The notes beneath the pieces are model-generated. The model ran no database searches. It saw nothing but the letters and a program-made list of their open reading frames with translations, and was not told where the DNA came from. This document shows, piece after piece, positions 43,660 to 54,228 of a stretch of 64,000 nt of DNA. The first letter of the stretch is position 1, and each line of letters begins with the position of its first letter. Both the position numbers and the translations under genes were made by a program. The DNA is taken from NCBI GenBank assembly GCA_030583765.1, contig CP129474.1:405168-469167 (forward strand), in the 5' to 3' direction. Source of the stretch: Minisyncoccota bacterium (lineage in GTDB: Bacteria > Patescibacteriota > Minisyncoccia > 2-02-FULL-40-12 > GWA2-44-9).

Positions 43660-44868
43660 ATGGAATTTCTCTATCAAGCCAAAGACCAAACGGGTCGCGT
43701 GTTGCAGGGTGTGGTTGACGCGCCAAACGAGGGGATCGCAGTTGATACTCTGCATAATAAAGGGCTTACCCTCCTTTCTATTCAATCAGCGAAAAAACCT
43801 CTCGTCTATTCTGATATCGGCCTTCTTTTTTCTAAGCCAAAGCAGAAGGACATCGTTATTTTTACGCGCCAGTTAGCAACGCTCATTGAAGCGGAAATGC
43901 CGCTCGCCGAAGGCTTGCGTACGCTCGCAAAGCAGACAGAAAAGAAAACATTCCAGAAAATCATCAATGACATAGCTGATTCCGTTGAATCGGGCGTAGG
44001 GCTTGCTGACTCCATGAATGCTCATGTGAGTCTTTTCTCTCCTTTTTATGTCAAATTGGTAAAGTCAGGAGAAATCTCCGGTAAATTACAGGAATCACTT
44101 CAGTATCTTGCTGACTACTTAGAGCGAAGCTACGCCCTTACGGCAAAACTAAAAGGGGCCCTTGCATATCCTGCATTCATTATTTTTGCGATGGCTGTTG
44201 TCGTTATTATTATGATGACCTATGTGCTCCCGCAGCTACTCGTTGTCTTTGAAGAGGCGGGGAACATTGAACTCCCGCTCCAGACGCGCCTTCTTATTGC
44301 CACTTCAAACTTCATGACGGAGTACATCGTCTATATTCTTGTAGCCTTAGTGTTGGGTGCGGTTGGTCTTTGGCGATATATAAAAACGCCGACGGGCCGC
44401 GTACAATTTGACGCGCTCCAACTGCGCGTGCCTGGGTTTGGAAAGATTTTCCGTAACGTATACCTGTCTCGCATCGCAGAAATTTTTTCCACGCTTATTA
44501 AGTCAGGTGTGGGCATTTTGGACGCTATTAAACTTGTTGCAGATCTTGTTGGCAACAAATCCTATGAAGCTTTACTACTCAAGGTAGAGCAAACGGTTCG
44601 AGGCGGGGGAGGTGTTGCCACTACGCTTGCAGAAAATCCAACGCTTATTCCTGCGCTCATGAGCTCCATGGTCGCCATCGGTGAGAAGACTGGTAAGCTC
44701 GATAGCATGCTTACGTATGTGGCAAAGTTTTATCGTGCTGAATCTGAGTCAAGCGTGCAGTCCATCTCTTCGCTTGTGGAGCCTGTGCTCATGCTTTTCC
44801 TTGGTTTTGGTGTTGCAGTGTTGGTTTCTGCAATTCTTTTACCGCTCTACAGCCTTACTGCGCAATAG
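43660..44868 (+). CDS. pilC: Type IV pilus platform protein PilC (GspF family)
   Basis: Two repeated GspF domains and three TM regions; 402 aa. Confidence 0.85.
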   Translation: MEFLYQAKDQTGRVLQGVVDAPNEGIAVDTLHNKGLTLLSIQSAKKPLVYSDIGLLFSKPKQKDIVIFTRQLATLIEAEMPLAEGLRTLAKQTEKKTFQKIINDIADSVESGVGLADSMNAHVSLFSPFYVKLVKSGEISGKLQESLQYLADYLERSYALTAKLKGALAYPAFIIFAMAVVVIIMMTYVLPQLLVVFEEAGNIELPLQTRLLIATSNFMTEYIVYILVALVLGAVGLWRYIKTPTGRVQFDALQLRVPGFGKIFRNVYLSRIAEIFSTLIKSGVGILDAIKLVADLVGNKSYEALLLKVEQTVRGGGGVATTLAENPTLIPALMSSMVAIGEKTGKLDSMLTYVAKFYRAESESSVQSISSLVEPVLMLFLGFGVAVLVSAILLPLYSLTAQ

Positions 44869-44918
44869 TGTTGTTGATAATATCCCTTGTGCCTCTGTGC
44901 GGTAAGCGCGATAATACA

Positions 44919-45443
44919 ATGCAGCGATATATGAAACATTCCCACCTCCGCTCTCGGTTTGCTCGAGGCTTCACGCTCGTTGAGTTGCTGGTGGTCATTG
45001 CCATCATTGGTATTTTGGCAACTACTGGGCTGACGCAGCTCGGATCTGCACGCGCGAAAGCGCGCGATGCCCGTCGCATTTCTGACATACGTGAAATAGC
45101 GCAGGTGATCGAGTTTTATAATAATAGTGAAGATGATGGATATCCCGCCGACATTACTGCAGGTACGCTCGATGCGTATATTTCAGGCAATGTGGTACCA
45201 ACGGATCCAGCGACCGGAGACCCATACAACTACGCGACGTCCGTAGGCGCCCCCCGCCGCTACTATCATCTCTGGATTGAGCTGGAGGCGTACTCCCGAG
45301 TTCTTGAGAGCGATGCGGACATTGATTCAGAGACCCTCACCGAATGGACCGGCGATACTATCGATGCGTCTGATAGCGCCATAACCGAGGCTTGCACAAC
45401 TGCTGACAATGACTGCGTGTATGATGTGGGGCAGAAGTTATAA
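44919..45443 (+). CDS. Type IV (pseudo)pilin, major pilin paralog 1
   Basis: Class III signal RGFTLVELLVVIAIIGILA, and a C-terminal Cys pair (CTTADNDCVYDVGQK). Confidence 0.8.
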   Translation: MQRYMKHSHLRSRFARGFTLVELLVVIAIIGILATTGLTQLGSARAKARDARRISDIREIAQVIEFYNNSEDDGYPADITAGTLDAYISGNVVPTDPATGDPYNYATSVGAPRRYYHLWIELEAYSRVLESDADIDSETLTEWTGDTIDASDSAITEACTTADNDCVYDVGQKL

Positions 45444-45517
45444 TGTAGTTATAAACAATAATCGTGGCGAACCGGGCGGTCTCTTGAGAACACACGGCGC
45501 GCCACACCATTTCTAGT

Positions 45518-46018
45518 ATGCGAAAAAAATTACAACAAGGATTTACACTGATTGAGCTGCTGGTGGTCATTGCCATCATCGGTATTTTGGCAACAACAGC
45601 ACTCACTCAGTTGGGAAGTGCGCGCGGACGTGCACGTGATGCAAAGCGCTTAAGTGATATTGCGCAAATCGCACAGGCGATCGAGATCCACAATGATCAA
45701 GTGGGTGGATATCCGGACGATATCTATACAGATCTTATCAACTACATCTCTGGGACGACGGTCCCAATAGACCCCTCAACCGATGGGGAATATAACTATC
45801 TGTATCGTGGCGGTTCGGCTGGTAAGCGAACGGCGTACCACCTTTGGGCTGAATTAGAGTCCAATAATAGGGCGTTAAATAGTGATGCCGACATCAATTC
45901 GAGGGAAGTCTTAACGCCAGCATGGACTGTTGGCAGTGGTGCGGCGGAAGATGGCGCAGCAGAAACATGCACAAACTCGTCTTCTATTGACTGTGTCTAC
46001 GACATCGGACAGAAGTAA
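45518..46018 (+). CDS. Type IV pilin, major pilin paralog 2
   Basis: MRKKLQQGFTLIELLVVIAIIGILA and a C-terminal CTNSSSIDCVYDIGQK. It is collinear with paralog 1. Confidence 0.8.
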   Translation: MRKKLQQGFTLIELLVVIAIIGILATTALTQLGSARGRARDAKRLSDIAQIAQAIEIHNDQVGGYPDDIYTDLINYISGTTVPIDPSTDGEYNYLYRGGSAGKRTAYHLWAELESNNRALNSDADINSREVLTPAWTVGSGAAEDGAAETCTNSSSIDCVYDIGQK

Positions 46019-46035
46019 TTGTACGCACAAAAACA

Positions 46036-46067
46036 AAACGGCCCATATCGGGGCCGTTTTGTTTTTG
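46036..46067 (+). terminator. Rho-independent terminator after the pilin genes (CGGCCC-atatc-GGGCCG + TTTTGTTTTT)
   Basis: Read directly from the sequence. Confidence 0.55.
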
Positions 46068-46080
46068 GTATGATGACTCT

Positions 46081-46836
46081 ATGGATATTATGACGCTGAT
46101 CCTCGCCGGAATATGCGGTGCGTTTCTAGGAAGTTTTGTGAATGTACTCGTTATGCGCACGGGCAAGGGAGAGTCGTGGATTTCCGGACGCTCTCACTGT
46201 GTCGCGTGCGGGTCTCGCATCGCATGGTACGATCTTATCCCGATTCTGAGTGCTCTTTGGCTTCAATTTCACTGCCGTACGTGCAAGCAGAAGTTCTCTG
46301 CAGAATATGTGTGGGGTGAGGCTGGTATGGCCGGTCTTGCGATGCTCTGGGCCTCCGCTTACTGGCCGCCAGCTGAACCAATCGTCATTGCATATGCATG
46401 TGCACTGGTTCTCTTTGTTGCTCTCATGCGACTTGATGCAAGATACTTATGGCTTCCCGATGTGTTTACGGGGTGCGTGGCTGCTGTTGCAATAGTGGGG
46501 CACGTTGCTAGTGGGCATCCATTGCCAGAATATCTACTTTCTGGGGCTGGGCTTGCAGCTTTTTTTGGTATACTACATGGAGTATCGCGTGGTCGATGGA
46601 TTGGTCTTGGTGATGCAAAGCTAGCGGGAGGCATTGGATTGCTTCTTGGATACCCGCTTGGATTTTTAGCAATTGTTGGTGGCGTGTGGCTTGCGGCGGC
46701 ATGGGCGCTCGTACTTGTTATAACAAGGCGGGCAACGCTTCAGACCGCTATTCCGCTCGGAACATTTTTGTGTGCTGGTGCGAGTATTGTAATTCTTTTT
46801 CCTTCTTATGTACGATCACTGGAACGACTTTTCTAG
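46081..46836 (+). CDS. pilD: Prepilin peptidase (A24 family) PilD
   Basis: An N-terminal CxxC...CxxC zinc region, multiple TM segments and conserved Asp residues. Confidence 0.85.
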   Translation: MDIMTLILAGICGAFLGSFVNVLVMRTGKGESWISGRSHCVACGSRIAWYDLIPILSALWLQFHCRTCKQKFSAEYVWGEAGMAGLAMLWASAYWPPAEPIVIAYACALVLFVALMRLDARYLWLPDVFTGCVAAVAIVGHVASGHPLPEYLLSGAGLAAFFGILHGVSRGRWIGLGDAKLAGGIGLLLGYPLGFLAIVGGVWLAAAWALVLVITRRATLQTAIPLGTFLCAGASIVILFPSYVRSLERLF

Positions 46837-46897
46837 TAAGGCTGCAACTGCAGAGCTTGTAGCGCGAACGCGCGCCGATGAAGTGCGTCCCCCCAGC

Positions 46898-47272
46898 ATG
46901 TTCGTGCAGCTGCTCATCGTCGCAGTGTTTCTGGGCGCTCTTATCGTTTCGGGGGGCGGCGATCAGGGCACCGCACAGGTTGCATTTGCGTTACCGCAGG
47001 GAACGCGAGTATTTGAGGGAGATGTTGTTCGGGGCATGACGCTTGTCGATGCCTTGAATGCCGCTGCAATGGCTGGGAATATTACGCTTCGCTTCGCTAT
47101 CGATGAGGGACGCGGCATGCGCATTATGGCACTCGATGGTATTGCAACGCGATCAGCTCAGGTAGCGGTGCCGGTAAAAATAATGCGCAACACGCAAGCC
47201 GTTGACGTGAGTAAAGCTCACGCGGTGCCTATTCGTCCCGGCGACATGGTGAGCGTTTCACTTGATGAATAA
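46898..47272 (+). CDS. Hypothetical small membrane protein in the pilus locus
   Basis: A TM segment MFVQLLIVAVFLGALIV. The start is uncertain (46808, 46850 or 46898). Confidence 0.4.
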   Translation: MFVQLLIVAVFLGALIVSGGGDQGTAQVAFALPQGTRVFEGDVVRGMTLVDALNAAAMAGNITLRFAIDEGRGMRIMALDGIATRSAQVAVPVKIMRNTQAVDVSKAHAVPIRPGDMVSVSLDE

Positions 47273-48491
47273 TTTTCGTCGTTCGCTCGGCTTTACACTC
47301 ATTGAGATTCTCGTTGTCATCGCAATTACCGGCGTTGTCACAACCGGTGTAGTTACCCGTTTCAATAAAACGACGGTTGTGACGCGAAAAGCCGCCGAAC
47401 GATTTGTCACCGATGTGCGCTCAACACAATCGCGTGCGCTTTCCGGGACTCAATACGAAAATGCGTTTCGTTGTGGTTTTGGTGTCACCGTAACAACGGA
47501 AACAACATATGCGCTTTACGCAGGACCCGATGCAGGGAGTGTGGTGTGCGCAAACGAGAATAGAAATTATGAAGAAGGAACTGACGCGATCATTGAAGAA
47601 TTTTCGCTTCTTGATCCAACTCTTTCATTTAAAACCGCGGTAGGAGATGTTTTCTTCGAGCCACCAAGCGGCACTGCGGCCCTCGATAATACTATTGGAG
47701 CGGACCAGGCTCCCATGGATGTTGTTATTGGGCCGACGGATACAGACTGTGATGCTTCTGCGGAGCAGTGTCAGCGTGTATGTATATTCGCAACCGGGAA
47801 AGTCGATCTTATCCGCGCTGATGCAAGTTGCGCCACGCCGCTATCATCTGGCCCACCCCCCACCCCAACGCCGACACCAACACCCACTCCGACCCCCACC
47901 CCAACGCCGACACCAACACCCACTCCGACCCCCACCCCAACGCCGACACCAACACCATTTGCAACTCTTTCCGCCCCAGCGAGTACGACAGGGGGCTCAT
48001 CTATTCAGGTTTCCTGGCAACGTTTTTATTTTTCCGGGTATGCGTCTGATTGGATTGCTATCGTGCCCTACGGACAAACGTGGGTGAATACTAGTGCAGG
48101 CCTCCGCACGTGGCGCTACCTGAATAGCTCACAGTCGATTCCCGGGTCTACTGTGTCTGGCCCGAGCTCTATCACGATACCTGTTCCTACCACCGCTGGG
48201 ACATATTGGGCGCTATTTTATATCAATAATAGTGTTGCTGACGGAGATATCATGGGGTCAAGCGCAGCGATTTCGGTTTCTGCGGCACCAACACCAACCC
48301 CAACGCCGACTCCAACTCCCACACCAACACCAACCCCAACGCCGGAGCCAATGACGTGTGCGGAAATGGGATGGTATGACGCTGATGCACTTGACCAGTG
48401 TAATGATGAGTGTTCTGGAACGTGCGTGAGTAAGCAGTGGTGCGGCAATGATTTTTGTCCGTGGCCAGGGTATTGCTGGAAATGCCAATGA
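47262..48491 (+). CDS. Large minor pilin / pseudopilin with (PT)n repeats and a Cys-rich C-terminus
   Basis: A prepilin N-terminus RRSLGFTLIEILVVIAITGVV, two (TP)n tracts of 15 or more and 9 or more repeats, and a C-terminal CxxxC-rich tail. Confidence 0.7.
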   Translation: MMNNFRRSLGFTLIEILVVIAITGVVTTGVVTRFNKTTVVTRKAAERFVTDVRSTQSRALSGTQYENAFRCGFGVTVTTETTYALYAGPDAGSVVCANENRNYEEGTDAIIEEFSLLDPTLSFKTAVGDVFFEPPSGTAALDNTIGADQAPMDVVIGPTDTDCDASAEQCQRVCIFATGKVDLIRADASCATPLSSGPPPTPTPTPTPTPTPTPTPTPTPTPTPTPTPTPTPFATLSAPASTTGGSSIQVSWQRFYFSGYASDWIAIVPYGQTWVNTSAGLRTWRYLNSSQSIPGSTVSGPSSITIPVPTTAGTYWALFYINNSVADGDIMGSSAAISVSAAPTPTPTPTPTPTPTPTPTPEPMTCAEMGWYDADALDQCNDECSGTCVSKQWCGNDFCPWPGYCWKCQ

Positions 48492-48964
48492 CACTCCCTC
48501 GTCCCAATGGTTTTTCATTGCTTGAATCGCTTGTCGCGCTTTTTCTTTTAACTATGGGCATCTTGCCCGCGCTTCTCGTTGCGACGGCCTCTTCTCGATC
48601 ATCGGACAGCATTCGCAATAGCCTAATTGCATCGCAACTTGCACAAGAGGGCGCAGAGATTGTGCGCGCCTTACGAGATGCTGATTGGTTTGCTGGTAGT
48701 GCGTTTGGTACCCGTGTTACTGCAGGAGATTGGGAAATCGCATGGAATGAGGATACGTTAGCAGCGGCAACTAGCCAGCCATTGCTCGTCAACGCATCGG
48801 GGATCTATTCGTATTCCGATGGTGTTGCAACGCCTTTTGTGCGCACGATCCGCATATCGGCCGAAAGTGCTTTCGAATTTCTCGTACAAAGTGAGGTTGT
48901 GTGGGAAGAGCGTGGAAGGACTCGGAGTATCGTAGTTGAATCTCATATCTATGACTGGTACTAA
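48488..48964 (+). CDS. Minor pilin (PilV-like)
   Basis: A prepilin N-terminus RPNGFSLLESLVALFLLTMGIL. Confidence 0.6.
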   Translation: MTLPRPNGFSLLESLVALFLLTMGILPALLVATASSRSSDSIRNSLIASQLAQEGAEIVRALRDADWFAGSAFGTRVTAGDWEIAWNEDTLAAATSQPLLVNASGIYSYSDGVATPFVRTIRISAESAFEFLVQSEVVWEERGRTRSIVVESHIYDWY

Positions 48965-49469
48965 AAATAAAAACGGGTTTACACTTGTTGAGACGGTTGT
49001 AGCTATTTTTGTTTTTTCCGTTGTGGTTATTGCGTCTCAGGGAGTTTTCGGTAAGGCGCTCACGGTGGTGAAGAGCGGTGCTGCGGCACAGCGCGTGCAG
49101 GAGAGTGTGCAATATGCACTTGAGCTTATGGCCCGCGATATCAGAATGAGTAGTATTAGCGCTGATCAAGAAGACGCATCGTGTGCGCTCTCTCAGCTCA
49201 CTCTCGTACATCCAATCTTGGGTGCGGTCATTTATCGTCACGATGGCGTCGCGATCGAACGTACGGTCGATGGCGTTTCAGGACACATCACCGCAGGTGA
49301 AGTACTGATTCAGGACCTTTCTTTCTGTGTGCGCCACGCCGGTCTTGATGGCGAGCAGACGCGCGTCACCATTCTCATAAATGCGGTGTATGATAGCGAG
49401 AGGGTTTCCGAACAGAAAGAGCTGAACGTTCAAACGACCGTTTCTCTTCGAGACTATGAAACAGAATAA
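48951..49469 (+). CDS. Minor pilin (PilW-like)
   Basis: A prepilin N-terminus KNKNGFTLVETVVAIFVFSVVVIA. Confidence 0.6.
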   Translation: MTGTKNKNGFTLVETVVAIFVFSVVVIASQGVFGKALTVVKSGAAAQRVQESVQYALELMARDIRMSSISADQEDASCALSQLTLVHPILGAVIYRHDGVAIERTVDGVSGHITAGEVLIQDLSFCVRHAGLDGEQTRVTILINAVYDSERVSEQKELNVQTTVSLRDYETE

Positions 49470-49812
49470 TCAGAGGGGTTCTATTATTATATTTACAGTG
49501 CTCTTGCTTGCGGTGATGATGACCATCGTCCTCGCGTCGCTGGGTGGGTTTGCGGTAAGTCAGCGCTCTGCCGCGCAGGCTACGGAAGCGGTAATTGCGC
49601 TTTTTGGTGCGGACAGCGCTGCAGAATTTTGTTTATATGAAGCGCGTCGTGGGGCGGCTGACCTTGTGTTTACAGATCCAGACCTCTCCTATGAGCTCAT
49701 CGATATTGCTACTGGAATTGCGTTAACAAGCTGTGAAAATCAGGGGGCGGCTGCATTTCGTGCGCAGGGCATATACCGTGGCACGGGTCGCGCCCTTGAG
49801 CTTGGTCAGTAG
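49456..49812 (+). CDS. Minor pilin (PilX-like small membrane protein)
   Basis: An N-terminal TM segment GSIIIFTVLLLAVMMTIVLASL at the end of the pilin operon. Confidence 0.5.
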   Translation: MKQNNQRGSIIIFTVLLLAVMMTIVLASLGGFAVSQRSAAQATEAVIALFGADSAAEFCLYEARRGAADLVFTDPDLSYELIDIATGIALTSCENQGAAAFRAQGIYRGTGRALELGQ

Positions 49813-49827
49813 TGTTTGGTGTGATAG

Positions 49828-51873
<2,046 letters not shown>

Positions 51874-51903
51874 TGCCGGAGACTTCCTGATAGGCTAGGC
51901 AAT

Positions 51904-52194
51904 ATGTCAGAGCGTATTGATATTAATCACGTAGCTCGCCTCGCGCGACTCTCGCTGGCGCCAGAAGAGAAAGAGAAGCTCGCCAAAGATTGCGATGCGA
52001 TTTTGGCGTACATTGACCAACTTGCCGCGGTTCCCACAGAGGGAATCGAGCCGCTCTTACAAACGACGGGTTTACGCAATGCGTGGCGCGCAGATGACGG
52101 CGTGTCGATTGCCAGCAGCTCACTCGTGGACTCAGCGCCGCGTCACGATGAGGCCTTTGTGCGCGTGCATACAGTGTTACGAAAGAAAAAATAA
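51904..52194 (+). CDS. gatC: Asp-tRNA(Asn)/Glu-tRNA(Gln) amidotransferase subunit C
   Basis: The 96-aa sequence INHVARLARLSLAPEEKEKLAKDCDAILAYIDQL. Confidence 0.85.
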   Translation: MSERIDINHVARLARLSLAPEEKEKLAKDCDAILAYIDQLAAVPTEGIEPLLQTTGLRNAWRADDGVSIASSSLVDSAPRHDEAFVRVHTVLRKKK

Positions 52195-52197
52195 TAC

Positions 52198-53577
52198 ATG
52201 CAGCACACGCTTACTACATTTAAAGAAGCACAGCTTACGGAGGGCCTTGAAAGGCTCCTTGCTGAATATCGCGCTGCACGGGAGGCCCGAGCGGATCTGA
52301 ATGCATTCATTTCAGACGCTACTGTGATGCCTGCACATACTCAGGGGCTACTGGCCGGCGCCCCGATTGCGGTGAAGGACAACATTTTAGTGCGTGGCGA
52401 GGCGTGCACTGCCGGCTCCCGTATTCTTGAGGGATATATTGCCACATATCACGCAACGGTCGTTGAAAAACTTCTCGCGGCGGGCGCGACTATCTTTGGA
52501 AAAACAAACTTAGATGAATTCGCAATGGGTTCATCGACAGAAAATTCTGCGTTTGGTGTAGTGAAAAATCCACTCGATACTTCACGCGTGCCGGGAGGAT
52601 CTTCTGGTGGTTCTGCAGCTGCGGTTGCTGCGGGGTTGTGCGTGGCGGCGCTTGGCACTGACACTGGCGGATCAATCCGCCAGCCAGCGGCATTCTGTGG
52701 AATTGTTGGCCTTAAGCCAACGTATGGACGCGTGTCACGCCACGGCGCAATAGCTATGGGGTCGTCTTTGGATCAGATAGGGCCGCTCACTCGCAATGTG
52801 GCTGATGCTGCGCATATACTCGAAGTAATTGCTGGGCATGACCCATATGACGCTACAACAGTAGAGCGTCCAGTTCCCGCATATACAGAGAAGATGCTTG
52901 AAGATATTTCAGGTCTTCGCGTTGGTGTGGTGCAGGAGCACTTCGGAGACGGCCTTGCTCCTGAGGTGCGTGAAAATGTAGAGCAGGCGATAGAGGCATT
53001 GCGCGCACAGGGTGCGCAGATTGTCGATGTCTCATTGCCACATGCGCCACTCGCGCTTGCCGTGTATTATGTCGTGATGCCGTGTGAGGTTTCAGCGAAC
53101 CTTGCACGCTTTGACGGTGTGCGTTATGGGTTCTCGGACACGAGCGCTGAGACTGTGTTAGAGGCGTATGAGCGTGCACGAAGTGGTGGTTTTGGCGCAG
53201 AGCCGAAGCGGCGTATTATTCTGGGAACGTATGCGCTTTCCGCCGGGTATTTTGATGCGTATTATATGAAGGCACAACGCGTTCGCGCTCTTATCTCGCA
53301 AGACTATGATCGTGCTTTCGAGAACGTTGACGTCATTGTCGGCCCGACAACTCCAACAACGGCGTTTCGCATCGGAGAAAAAAGCGACGATCCTTTGGCG
53401 ATGTATCTCTCTGATATGTACACGGTCCCAGCAAATTTAGCCGGACTTCCAGCGCTTTCTGTGCCGTATGGCGTTGGACGTGAGAGCGGTATGCCGGTTG
53501 GCGTTCACATCACTAGTAAAGCGTTTGACGAAGAAACAATGTTGCGCATTGGGTATGCGCTCGAACGTGCGGTATAA
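52198..53577 (+). CDS. gatA: Glu-tRNA(Gln) amidotransferase subunit A (amidase family)
   Basis: The GGSSGGSAAAVAAG amidase signature and a Ser-cisSer-Lys triad region. Confidence 0.92.
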   Translation: MQHTLTTFKEAQLTEGLERLLAEYRAAREARADLNAFISDATVMPAHTQGLLAGAPIAVKDNILVRGEACTAGSRILEGYIATYHATVVEKLLAAGATIFGKTNLDEFAMGSSTENSAFGVVKNPLDTSRVPGGSSGGSAAAVAAGLCVAALGTDTGGSIRQPAAFCGIVGLKPTYGRVSRHGAIAMGSSLDQIGPLTRNVADAAHILEVIAGHDPYDATTVERPVPAYTEKMLEDISGLRVGVVQEHFGDGLAPEVRENVEQAIEALRAQGAQIVDVSLPHAPLALAVYYVVMPCEVSANLARFDGVRYGFSDTSAETVLEAYERARSGGFGAEPKRRIILGTYALSAGYFDAYYMKAQRVRALISQDYDRAFENVDVIVGPTTPTTAFRIGEKSDDPLAMYLSDMYTVPANLAGLPALSVPYGVGRESGMPVGVHITSKAFDEETMLRIGYALERAV

Positions 53578-53586
53578 TAGAACTCT

Positions 53587-54228
53587 ATGCAACCGGAGGG
53601 ATTGCTGAACGATATTGTCGGAGAGCTGTATGCGAACATTGCTTCGGCGAGTCTTCCCGCGGCAAATATTCCGGCGCTCACTTCAGAGATTGCATCGAGA
53701 GCAAGTGCTTTTGAACAGGCACGTTTTTTATTCGATACATTCTCTGTTGCGTTCTCTGTAGTGAAGGGCATTGGCATGATTCTTTCAGTTGCTCTCGGGG
53801 CGGTGCTTATCTGGATTGCGTATAAATGGATTCTATTAAACAGTGAGGCAGTTGCCACGCCGGAAGCGTCAACTCCAGACGCACTTCCCGAACCAGCAGA
53901 GGGAGGGCCTTTCCAGGCGCGGTGGGACGAGATTGTGCGTCACATGGAGTCACCTCAAGAAGCGCAGTGGAAGCTTGCTATTGTGGAGGCGGACACGCTT
54001 CTTGATCTTGCGCTTGCACGAGCTGGATTCCCAGGATCTTCAATTGGCGATCGTCTTATGCGTATCACTGATGGACAGCTTCCTGGTCTCGACGACATTT
54101 GGGGTGCGCACAAAATTCGTAACCGGATCGCGCACGATATTGGGTTTACGTTATCATATGCTCAGATGCGCTCTGCTTTGAATGCGTATGAACGTGTCCT
54201 GCAAGATTTAGGAGCTATCCGATCATGA
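53587..54228 (+). CDS. Hypothetical membrane protein (central TM helix; C-terminal region with an R-x4-H (RNRIAH) motif)
   Basis: An ORF with a TM segment ILSVALGAVLIWIAYKWIL. Its function is unknown. Confidence 0.45.
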   Translation: MQPEGLLNDIVGELYANIASASLPAANIPALTSEIASRASAFEQARFLFDTFSVAFSVVKGIGMILSVALGAVLIWIAYKWILLNSEAVATPEASTPDALPEPAEGGPFQARWDEIVRHMESPQEAQWKLAIVEADTLLDLALARAGFPGSSIGDRLMRITDGQLPGLDDIWGAHKIRNRIAHDIGFTLSYAQMRSALNAYERVLQDLGAIRS

